A model generated the notes under the pieces. It saw only the letters and a program-made list of their open reading frames with translations. It had not been told where the DNA came from and did not search any database. Shown here one piece after another: positions 9,618 through 17,585 of a stretch of 64,000 nt of DNA (positions are counted from its first letter, which is position 1; every line of letters begins with the position of its first letter). The DNA comes from a virus. The DNA is taken from IMG/VR virus record IMGVR_UViG_3300036767_000362; one strand, 5' to 3'. The translations under genes were made by a program, and so were the position numbers.

Positions 9618-10119
9618 CTTCTTTTTGTCTCGCCGCCCAATCATCATATACTATTCTATAAACATTTTTGAATTTTTCATATGCAATTTTTAATGAAGGA
9701 TATATTACAGTCATATCCTCTACTTGGGAAAGACTAGGCATAGATTTTTCAAAAGGTTTGGGTTCTGAGAAATCATAATTAAAGTTGGATTGCCCTGATA
9801 CTGCATCTTTTTCAAATTGATCTTGTAAAGGGCCTCCTGGTCCATATAAACCTGGAGAATCTTGTTCTTCACCTGTAGATGCTGATCCTATTCCATAAGA
9901 ATAAGTTATGGGTGGGGTGTTAGACGAATCTATTCCTCCACCATTGTCATCAAAATTAACTGCTATAGTTCCTGTATCTCTAGGAACTCCGCTATCACTT
10001 GGCATCCAAGATGAACTAGGATAAACGGGCCATTCTCCATATGGTCCTTCCCCTTTAGACCATTGGGCTTTACCAGATAAGTCTGGTGTTTTAGTTTGTT
10101 TTTTTGTTTTCTTTGTCAT
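9607..10119 (-). CDS. Hypothetical protein (G/S/P-rich N-half)
   Basis: 170-aa ORF with SD AGGAG. Confidence 0.65.
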   Translation of the reverse strand: MTKKTKKQTKTPDLSGKAQWSKGEGPYGEWPVYPSSSWMPSDSGVPRDTGTIAVNFDDNGGGIDSSNTPPITYSYGIGSASTGEEQDSPGLYGPGGPLQDQFEKDAVSGQSNFNYDFSEPKPFEKSMPSLSQVEDMTVIYPSLKIAYEKFKNVYRIVYDDWAARQKEDDV

Positions 10120-10131
10120 AAAGAATACTCC

Positions 10132-10692
10132 TTAATAAAGTTTTTCTATTTTGTCACAGATTGCTAGTTTTTTAGCCTCTTCAGCCGATAACCAAACGTC
10201 CTGTGGCGGTAATAATACTTCTTTAATTTTTTTCTCAGACATTCCAATACATTTTTTGTAATGTTCTACCATTCTTTTAGTTGATAGCTCAAATTCTTTA
10301 ACACGAGCATATAGTTCGTGTTCTTTGCCATCACTTCCCCAACTGTATTGATGAGATAATATTGAAGTATTAGGTGTAAGTATCCTTTCTCCTTTCTTTC
10401 CTGCAATAAAAATTAAAAATCCGGAAGAGGCAATTAATCCTAATCCTACAGTTTTAATAGGTATTGTACTAGCTTTGATTGTATCTATTAATGCAAATGC
10501 GGCATGAACATCACCGCCAGGTGAATTAATAATTAAAGTTAGTTTAGGCAATCTAGTAGAAGCAAGATTGCAATTCATAATCCATTGAATACAAGCTCTA
10601 CAAGAATCTGTATTAATTTCGTCCATTAACAAATAGAGACCATTTGTTAATAAATTATTTTTTTGTTCTGGTGTTGCTTTGTCTTTAGCCAT
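10132..10692 (-). CDS. clpP: ClpP-like serine protease subunit
   Basis: INSPGGDV, GLIASSG (catalytic Ser), ILSHQ (His), DVWLSAEEA. Confidence 0.88.
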   Translation of the reverse strand: MAKDKATPEQKNNLLTNGLYLLMDEINTDSCRACIQWIMNCNLASTRLPKLTLIINSPGGDVHAAFALIDTIKASTIPIKTVGLGLIASSGFLIFIAGKKGERILTPNTSILSHQYSWGSDGKEHELYARVKEFELSTKRMVEHYKKCIGMSEKKIKEVLLPPQDVWLSAEEAKKLAICDKIEKLY

Positions 10693-11761
10693 ATTTTACT
10701 ACCTCGTATAATGCTTTACCAGAGAAAAATTGATTTTTTAATATTTCTCTTTGTTTCCATATTAATGGAATATATTTTGTATAATTTTCCATATAGTCGT
10801 GTATTTTGTCTATTACTTCTTGTTTGTGTTTACGATAATGTTCTATATCAATTGTCCATTCGCTAGGGTAAGCAAATTCTTTAATTGCCATTTCTTTATA
10901 ACTTAATCTATTTGGCACCATTGGTATAACATCTAATAGTGCACCTTCATACCAACTTATACCTAATGTTTCTTGTAAGTTAGCACTAAAGATTAATTTA
11001 GATTCTCCTAGTAAATTATGATATTCCACTTTACTCAATGTTTTTTCCTGACATACTATAAAATCATATTCGCTTCCAATAGAATCTTTAAGGTCTTGAA
11101 ATATGTCTAGTTGCTTTTCAGGTGCAAGTCTATGTGGAAATAATATTTGTTTTTTCTTTGGCATATTTTTATATTGTTCAAGATTACGTTCCATGTATTC
11201 CATAGGCCATCCTACTCTTTTTATTTTTTTATTCGCTTGAGCATCTAATTTTCTAGTAACTAATTTAATAAATGTATCACTAAACATATCTGTATGAAAT
11301 TGTGTTGCAAAAAAGTTATGATCAAAAGTTTCATACATACTTTCTTCTGCCAATCTTACCCAAGGTTTCTTTCCAATTAATCTACCTAAAAAGTCTGCCG
11401 GATCATAAGAACCGGCGTGCCACATACCACCTATTTTTATTTTAACGCCTAATAGTTCTGCCATATATTTTAATTGTATGACTGTAGGATTCCAAGCGTC
11501 AGTATATAAGAAGTAGTCACCGTCTTTAACTTCTCCTTTACAAAACATTTCTCCAATTTTAGCCAATTGATTACTCTTATAAACATTGGTACCACCAAAG
11601 TTTAAAAAAGCACCGGGTGTAGTTTTTTGTGGTGTATCGCCTCCACTTATATTAACTACTTCATTATTAGTATGTCTTTTTAGTTGTTCTGGGAGATGTT
11701 TTTTCCACTCCTTTGTGTATCGAGTGTCAACAGCCTCCAAATCAACAATGTAAATTGTCAT
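10685..11761 (-). CDS. GT-B fold glycosyltransferase (candidate DNA-base glycosyltransferase)
   Basis: C-terminal FPHRLAPEKQ and LQETLGISWYEG...PNRLSYKEM resemble the GT4-type donor-binding E-x7-E region; lies inside the deazaguanine cluster. Confidence 0.75.
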   Translation of the reverse strand: MTIYIVDLEAVDTRYTKEWKKHLPEQLKRHTNNEVVNISGGDTPQKTTPGAFLNFGGTNVYKSNQLAKIGEMFCKGEVKDGDYFLYTDAWNPTVIQLKYMAELLGVKIKIGGMWHAGSYDPADFLGRLIGKKPWVRLAEESMYETFDHNFFATQFHTDMFSDTFIKLVTRKLDAQANKKIKRVGWPMEYMERNLEQYKNMPKKKQILFPHRLAPEKQLDIFQDLKDSIGSEYDFIVCQEKTLSKVEYHNLLGESKLIFSANLQETLGISWYEGALLDVIPMVPNRLSYKEMAIKEFAYPSEWTIDIEHYRKHKQEVIDKIHDYMENYTKYIPLIWKQREILKNQFFSGKALYEVVKYG

Positions 11762-11763
11762 TC

Positions 11764-12138
11764 TTATTCCTTTTCATATACTGCGTGTGATCCATTTTCA
11801 CCATCTTCAGAAACATCTATTTCAATATTTCTACCAGGATATCTTTTTTTAATTTGTGCATATAAATCATCTGACATCATTTCACAACTTTTAAAGTCGT
11901 TTTGTAATGTACCTTGACTATATAAACTCAAAATCCATCTTTGAAATTGGATGAATTCGATATCTCTGTCATCGTGAAAAACTTCGATCGCCACTTTAAA
12001 ATGAAATGTATGTCTATGTGGATGTCCTAAAAATGACACGTCATATTCATCTCCAGTTGCTAATTTAGGGTCAGTTAGAGCCGCAGGATACTTATGTATT
12101 CCTTCTTTTCTAAATGTTACCCAAATCATTTTTTTCAT
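11764..12138 (-). CDS. dpdL: QueD-like T-fold protein, DpdL-like (predicted CDG decarboxylase)
   Basis: EGIH...LGHPHRHTF (LxxxHRHxF in place of the QueD Cx(n)HG[HY] motif), DRDIEF, SCEM, VSEDGENG; a canonical queD is present separately at 22698. The DpdL signature is recalled from the literature and should be confirmed by HMM. Confidence 0.7.
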   Translation of the reverse strand: MKKMIWVTFRKEGIHKYPAALTDPKLATGDEYDVSFLGHPHRHTFHFKVAIEVFHDDRDIEFIQFQRWILSLYSQGTLQNDFKSCEMMSDDLYAQIKKRYPGRNIEIDVSEDGENGSHAVYEKE

Positions 12139-12165
12139 TGCGTTCCTTTTTTTTATGAGTTGTCC

Positions 12166-12194
12166 ATTATAACAGTTTTATTTTTCATTGTCAA
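12166..12194 (-). promoter_or_regulatory. Consensus sigma70 promoter driving dpdL-glycosyltransferase
   Basis: Perfect TTGACA-N17-TATAAT overlapping the end of the upstream ORF. Confidence 0.8.
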
Positions 12195-12702
12195 TGTCCA
12201 AAACGGTATCGTCTTTATATTCTGACCATTCTGTATATTGCATATAACCTTTTAAAGTGTTGAGGTCTTTGGACCATACTCCTTTGTTTGTTAAACCCCA
12301 CGTAGTATCATCTATTTTTAAAACTGCATTTTTATTCAGTTTTTCAATGTTTGGAATTTTAGCACTTATCATTGGAATAAATTTTTCAAAGGCCATTAAT
12401 CCCGATTCTATTACGTCATTGGAATAACTGACATCAAAATCTAATGTAACCCAATAATTTTTTTCTAATAATATTGTCATCATTACATACCAGTCTTTCC
12501 AATCTGTTTCATTGCTAGGATTAAAACTTTGACTTGTACCAAAGTAAATGTGTTTTATATCCTTTTTATTAGCTAATTCTTCTATTTCTTTTGCAGGTCT
12601 AACGCCAACTACAAATAAAGTATGTTGTCCAGTCATAGGTGTTGCTTCTATTTCTTCACCTGTAAAATATATTGATTCTTTTCTTTTACTCGTGTCTAAC
12701 AT
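12178..12702 (-). CDS. Hypothetical protein of the modification cluster
   Basis: Start re-assigned to MLDTSK (12702); motif-like blocks TLFVVG, HIYFG, WVTLDFD, KIDD...NKGVW; no function recognised. Confidence 0.7.
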   Translation of the reverse strand: MLDTSKRKESIYFTGEEIEATPMTGQHTLFVVGVRPAKEIEELANKKDIKHIYFGTSQSFNPSNETDWKDWYVMMTILLEKNYWVTLDFDVSYSNDVIESGLMAFEKFIPMISAKIPNIEKLNKNAVLKIDDTTWGLTNKGVWSKDLNTLKGYMQYTEWSEYKDDTVLDIDNEK

Positions 12703-12706
12703 TTTT

Positions 12707-13621
12707 TTACCACTTAATATATCCTCTAGTATATCCTTTTGGTCTATTAAGACCTTCGTTAAATGCATCTTTCCATTCAGTATTTCTATCATAACCTTTT
12801 GTCCAAAAAGAAGATACATCAATTTTACCTGAATGTACTAATTCTACTGCTTTACGCATACACTCTATAAATCCACTATCTCTTGGACTAGGAAATTTTA
12901 AAGTCATTGAATTCCATAACATTGTAGAAAATGTTGTTGTAACTTTATTTGGTTTTTCAGCACCCATTATTAGTAATGCTTCTGGATTAAATATTTCTTT
13001 TTCAAATGATTCATTTCTATTATTAAGATCAATTACTACATCATATTTTCCGTCAATTGTATCTGTAAGTTTGTTACCCCATAATTCTTTATTACTATGA
13101 CCATATACAGTAATATTAAAATGAATATTTTTTTCTAGCATAAGAGTTAAAAGATAATGATATACAACCTGTGCTAAAAATCCACTTCCCATAATTAATA
13201 AGTTTGCTCCTTGTTTTCTACCTCTTCTTTCAATTGGCATTTTACTAGAGTTGATTATGTTTATACCACAAGCAACAGGCTCTATAATATATTTAGGATC
13301 ACATTCGGGCACTTTAACATAAGTTCCTATGTCACAATTATAAAAGTCTGCGTATGCAGGTTCACCTCTAGTTGCTACAAAGTCTCCTATATCTACATCA
13401 TATACATTTTTTCCTTTTTCTGTTACTTGTCCTAATCCTTCATGACCTTGCATAGTTAAAGGTAATGGTCCAAAGTTTCCTTGCATCATATCAATATCGC
13501 TTCTACATACTCCTGTATATTTTGCTTTAACTCTAATTTGTTCATTAGATATATCAGGAATATCTATAGTTCCTTCGTTAAATGTACCTTTACCTTCAGT
13601 GTATAATAGTTTCGTCATCAT
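12707..13621 (-). CDS. Zn-dependent medium-chain dehydrogenase/reductase
   Basis: GVCRSD and GHEG catalytic-Zn motifs, IEPVAC, GSGFLA Rossmann; lacks the structural-Zn lobe. Confidence 0.85.
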   Translation of the reverse strand: MMTKLLYTEGKGTFNEGTIDIPDISNEQIRVKAKYTGVCRSDIDMMQGNFGPLPLTMQGHEGLGQVTEKGKNVYDVDIGDFVATRGEPAYADFYNCDIGTYVKVPECDPKYIIEPVACGINIINSSKMPIERRGRKQGANLLIMGSGFLAQVVYHYLLTLMLEKNIHFNITVYGHSNKELWGNKLTDTIDGKYDVVIDLNNRNESFEKEIFNPEALLIMGAEKPNKVTTTFSTMLWNSMTLKFPSPRDSGFIECMRKAVELVHSGKIDVSSFWTKGYDRNTEWKDAFNEGLNRPKGYTRGYIKW

Positions 13622-14594
13622 TTGTTATTGTTTCGTGTATCCATAAATCGTATTCTAATTGTTTTTGCCAAAATGCATTGTCATCTTTATGAGTTATACA
13701 ATCTGCAATCATTCGTTCATATGCACTTTCAGGACAAATACCTATTTGAAATGGATGTTGTTCGTCTTCTTGTTTAGTTTCTCCTGATTTGTTAAAATGT
13801 ACTGCAATATCATCTTCTTGTTCATCATCTTTTCTTCCTGATGCAGAAAAACCTTTACCTGCTTTCCAATCTGCTGTAAGTCTATATGTTTTTTCATTAT
13901 TGTTAAATTCTAATTCTACTAAATCGTCTACATCATATACTCCATTAGGATTCATAGTTCCATAATTTCCTGCTCTATTATCACCTGTTGTTTCATATGT
14001 TTCTTCTATTAACTCTTTTAAAGTATTTTTTTGTTCTTTGTGAAATTTTGTAAGTTTGAAATCTTTATAAGTATTAGGATTTATTGCAATAAAAATACTC
14101 AATAAGTGTGGTAATAAATCTCGAGATACTCCACCATACGCAAGAGCTTTGTTTGTAAACCAACCACCAGGATTAGGTATAAAGTTTATATTACGCCAGT
14201 TTATATCAATTATATCATTATCGTCTACTTTTGTTTTAATACCATCTAACCATATTTTAGTTCTCCACATATTATTTTTTGTCATAATAAATTTTGTATT
14301 TTTATTAGAACTTACTAAAATTTGCCATTGTTGAGCATTTTGTACACCAGGTTTTTCAATAAAAACCATTTTACTATGCGGTGCAATTTTTTGTGCAATA
14401 GTATAATGTGTATTATTAGGTGTACAAATATGAACAGTATCAAATTCTGGATGGGTTTTTAATGCTGTTGTTAATTCTAAAAACATAGGATTGTGTTTTG
14501 AATTAATGTCCACAGTAATTACTTCGTGTCCCATTTTTTCTAAAACACGTTTATATAATTGTCCGAACCCTAATCCTACTATTAAACTTTTCAT
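13596..14594 (-). CDS. Gfo/Idh/MocA family oxidoreductase
   Basis: IVGLGFG, VHICTPNNTH, IEKP, GGVSRDLLPH. Confidence 0.85.
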   Translation of the reverse strand: MKSLIVGLGFGQLYKRVLEKMGHEVITVDINSKHNPMFLELTTALKTHPEFDTVHICTPNNTHYTIAQKIAPHSKMVFIEKPGVQNAQQWQILVSSNKNTKFIMTKNNMWRTKIWLDGIKTKVDDNDIIDINWRNINFIPNPGGWFTNKALAYGGVSRDLLPHLLSIFIAINPNTYKDFKLTKFHKEQKNTLKELIEETYETTGDNRAGNYGTMNPNGVYDVDDLVELEFNNNEKTYRLTADWKAGKGFSASGRKDDEQEDDIAVHFNKSGETKQEDEQHPFQIGICPESAYERMIADCITHKDDNAFWQKQLEYDLWIHETITNDDETIIH

Positions 14595-14595
14595 A

Positions 14596-14787
14596 TTAAT
14601 TAAATCTTTTTGTAAAGTTTTCTATTTCTGTTTTTATTGCAAGTTTAATTTTTTTAAACTTTTTTAATAATGCTTTTCCTTCCCAACTTCTATCTTCGTC
14701 CCTTTCGTTTTCCATTTCTTCGACTTTTCTGTGATAATAATCAAACTCGTACTTTAACTTTTTAAGTTTTTTATCTTTCTTCGCCAT
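14596..14787 (-). CDS. Small coiled-coil protein (DUF465-like)
   Basis: 63 aa, helical hairpin character, KKIKLAIKTEI; TAATG-coupled to dpdA. Confidence 0.5.
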   Translation of the reverse strand: MAKKDKKLKKLKYEFDYYHRKVEEMENERDEDRSWEGKALLKKFKKIKLAIKTEIENFTKRFN

Positions 14788-16250
14788 TATACCTCCTGAA
14801 ATAAATTAGCAAATTGTGTACTTGCGTTAACCGTTTTCTTGCCAGTCGCCCCCCTTGTTCCTATTACTGTCATAAAATATCTATGAAATTCTTCTATGAC
14901 TGCGTTTGCTTCATCTCTGTTGCTTGTTGCAAATATTGCCTCTATAATATCTTTAAAAGCAACTCTATCAAATTGTTCTTGTAATAACATACCTGGATAT
15001 ATTCCTTTATCATATGCTTCATTGGCTTCTTGTACTGCTGTAATGTGCATCCAAACATTGTGAGCCATTTGTAAAGTGTAACTAAATGAATCCCAACTAG
15101 TTTTAGGATCATTTTTCATTTTGTTTAATTCTCCAGGAGAATAACAACATACATCATCAAGCATTAATCTTTTACTAACAGGACTATCTCTAAAACTTTT
15201 AAATATTTTTTCTTGCAATACACCTTCTTTAAATGTTCTTGGATCTGGTTTATATTTTTTATCATCTGCACTTGCCTGCATTCTGTATACCCATTTTTTT
15301 CTATCTTTTATTTCTATATCAATATAAATTTGACCATTGGCACAAGCTAAAAATGGAGAAGCACAATCAAATGTAATCATAAAATTAGGATTGTGATATT
15401 TTCTTATAGCTCTTTGTATATCTGTTAATAATACTGCCCATTCTAATTTAGATGTTCCTAAGAAGTGTACTACATCATGAACACCTTTTTCTAATAATCC
15501 ATCAAAACGTAGTGCTACAAGTCTTTTTAATGCAAGATGTATGTCACACATATTTTGACCACCAAATGACCAACCATTAAAATGTGTACCAGGATATTTT
15601 TTAGGATCACAATAGTCTTTCATTTGTGCATACCAATCGTCTGCTTGTTGGAAATTTTCACCTTGTAATACATTTAAAAATTTACAATCACCTTTTCTAT
15701 TTTTCATAAAATAATCATTGTTTATTTTTGTACCATTTACAGCTTCTTGATAGCTATTAATATTACTAGCTTTAGCACCTTCGGGTGACCTTGAAACCCA
15801 AGCTGGAATATCTAATATCATTCCATAGTCCATATTAGCATCTAACCACGTTAATACTTGTTCACGTTTCTTTTTTGCTTTAGGACAATTAGGATCTTTC
15901 CAATCACCTTCCCATACGCCTTTACCTATTTGGAAACCACCTGAATCTCCAAGCAACCAATTATTAGCTCTATTTCTATTTCTAATAATGTCATCTCTAA
16001 CACTAAACTTTTTCATATTCAAATCGGCGTGACCTGCGGAATATAAATTCCATTTGTAGTTAAAATACGTATTCTTAGGTTCTAAATAATTTAAACCTTG
16101 AATTCCGTGTTCAAACTTTTTAGGAACTCTTTCAGGAAGTACATAATCATCTTCGTGTTTTGCCTTTCCTATATCTCTCGCGAAGAAACTACTCATCGCT
16201 GGCAAGAATACTGCCCAATCCTTCTGAACTTTTGTTAAGTCTGTGTTCAA
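14787..16250 (-). CDS. dpdA: DNA 7-deazaguanine transglycosylase (TGT paralog, DpdA2-like)
   Basis: TGT motifs GDSGGFQI, MILDIP, NVLQG, GWSFGG, HFLG, TFDCASP, HN; TTG start with SD GGAG; sits between the Que genes and clamp/polymerase. Confidence 0.82.
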   Translation of the reverse strand: MNTDLTKVQKDWAVFLPAMSSFFARDIGKAKHEDDYVLPERVPKKFEHGIQGLNYLEPKNTYFNYKWNLYSAGHADLNMKKFSVRDDIIRNRNRANNWLLGDSGGFQIGKGVWEGDWKDPNCPKAKKKREQVLTWLDANMDYGMILDIPAWVSRSPEGAKASNINSYQEAVNGTKINNDYFMKNRKGDCKFLNVLQGENFQQADDWYAQMKDYCDPKKYPGTHFNGWSFGGQNMCDIHLALKRLVALRFDGLLEKGVHDVVHFLGTSKLEWAVLLTDIQRAIRKYHNPNFMITFDCASPFLACANGQIYIDIEIKDRKKWVYRMQASADDKKYKPDPRTFKEGVLQEKIFKSFRDSPVSKRLMLDDVCCYSPGELNKMKNDPKTSWDSFSYTLQMAHNVWMHITAVQEANEAYDKGIYPGMLLQEQFDRVAFKDIIEAIFATSNRDEANAVIEEFHRYFMTVIGTRGATGKKTVNASTQFANLFQEV

Positions 16251-16260
16251 GTATTACTCC

Positions 16261-16986
16261 TTATTTTGTTTGAGCTGGTAAAATGTAATTGTATTCACCA
16301 ACACCACTATCTACAGTTATTTGCATTGCTCCTTGATCAGAAATTTTCATACTCATTCTGCCATCAAGACTTAATATACTAATAACTTGTTGAATAGGCC
16401 AACTCCATGCTTTTTTCAATTCTCCAGCATCGTGTTGGAATATAAAATTACCTGCGTGTGAATTTGCATCACCAAAATAAAATACTAAATTTTTATTTTC
16501 AGTTTTTACAGTGAATACAGTTTCTTCTACGTGTGCCGCCGCTTGTAATTTTAATCTTTGTATAGACGCTACACTTGGTTCAAACTCTATATCCCAAGAT
16601 GTACCTTTAAATTTAACAGATTTTAATTTCTCGTTAATAATTTCAGTACTCATAAATCTATAATCATTTTGAAAATCACCTTTTTCGTTTTCAAAGTGAA
16701 TGTTAGTTGGAACCTTTTTTCCATTTCTGACAGCTGATACAACATTAAGTTTTGCATTTTTATCATACTCTGGACATTTTAAATGAAGTGCTAATTTATC
16801 TAAATTAGGCATACCAAATACACCATCGAATTCATTTACTTTTTCGTTAGTGTTCGCACTTAATATAACTGAACGATCTTCGGCCATACTTTCTATTTTT
16901 GTTTGCTCTTCATTTGTGATTTTTACTAAACTTAAAAACCCTAATGAATGCGTATGAGCAACAATGTCTTGTAAGATACTTTTCAT
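16261..16986 (-). CDS. Probable DNA polymerase sliding clamp (gp45/PCNA-like)
   Basis: 241 aa, alternating beta/alpha pattern ending YNYILPAQ; next to PolB and exonuclease; an RFC-type loader is present at 41352. Inferred from size and context. Confidence 0.55.
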   Translation of the reverse strand: MKSILQDIVAHTHSLGFLSLVKITNEEQTKIESMAEDRSVILSANTNEKVNEFDGVFGMPNLDKLALHLKCPEYDKNAKLNVVSAVRNGKKVPTNIHFENEKGDFQNDYRFMSTEIINEKLKSVKFKGTSWDIEFEPSVASIQRLKLQAAAHVEETVFTVKTENKNLVFYFGDANSHAGNFIFQHDAGELKKAWSWPIQQVISILSLDGRMSMKISDQGAMQITVDSGVGEYNYILPAQTK

Positions 16987-17004
16987 ATATTTCTCCGTTT
17001 CCTT

Positions 17005-17033
17005 ATTATATTTAGGTTTGCAGTCGAAGTCAA
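17005..17033 (-). promoter_or_regulatory. Sigma70-type promoter driving clamp-dpdA operon
   Basis: TTGACT-N17-TATAAT. Confidence 0.8.
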
Positions 17034-17047
17034 GTTAAAATGTTTCA

Positions 17048-17584
17048 TTATCTTTCAACTCCAAAATATCTATATGCCTTTTGAACACCTCTAGCTTGAT
17101 ATTTGCAATCAGCCAAAGCATTATGCAAGTCCGTTCTAGGGCTTACTCTCATGTCTTTTGGCAACATATTTTGCAATGTTCTAGAATCTCTGATCTGCCA
17201 GAAGTTCCATGGTACAGGTTTTCCTAGTTGTGCATATAAATTTTGTAATATTGCATAGTCAAATAATGGACCTTGGCACCAAAGTTCATCTAATCCTACG
17301 CACCATTTGTTAAGAGTTTTTGAAAACTCTTCTAAATTAATTCTTCCTTCGTCTGTAAATGCTTCTTCTTTAACTTCTTTATCTTGTTGCCCCCACCATT
17401 CTAATGTTTTCTCATTTACACTTCTTCCCATTTTTGTTTGTTCATCTACATCTATTCTAAGATATAAATCAGTATGAGGTGTTTGAGTATTATATGGATT
17501 AAACTTAACTGCTCCTAATGTAAGAATCGTAGCACTAGGTGTAGTGTCTAAAGTTTCTAAATCTATCATTCCGTGTGTAGCCAT
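17048..17584 (-). CDS. DEDDh 3'-5' exonuclease (DexA/Rv2179c-like)
   Basis: MIDLETL, WCQGPLFD, RDSRT, HNALADC; start MATHG. Confidence 0.85.
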   Translation of the reverse strand: MATHGMIDLETLDTTPSATILTLGAVKFNPYNTQTPHTDLYLRIDVDEQTKMGRSVNEKTLEWWGQQDKEVKEEAFTDEGRINLEEFSKTLNKWCVGLDELWCQGPLFDYAILQNLYAQLGKPVPWNFWQIRDSRTLQNMLPKDMRVSPRTDLHNALADCKYQARGVQKAYRYFGVER

Positions 17585-17585
17585 A

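Noticed and set aside
14787-16250. Ordinary queuine tRNA-guanine transglycosylase
   Set aside because: Longer and divergent, lacks an evident CxCxxC Zn site, has no queA/queF nearby and sits beside replication genes; DpdA is more plausible, though unproven.
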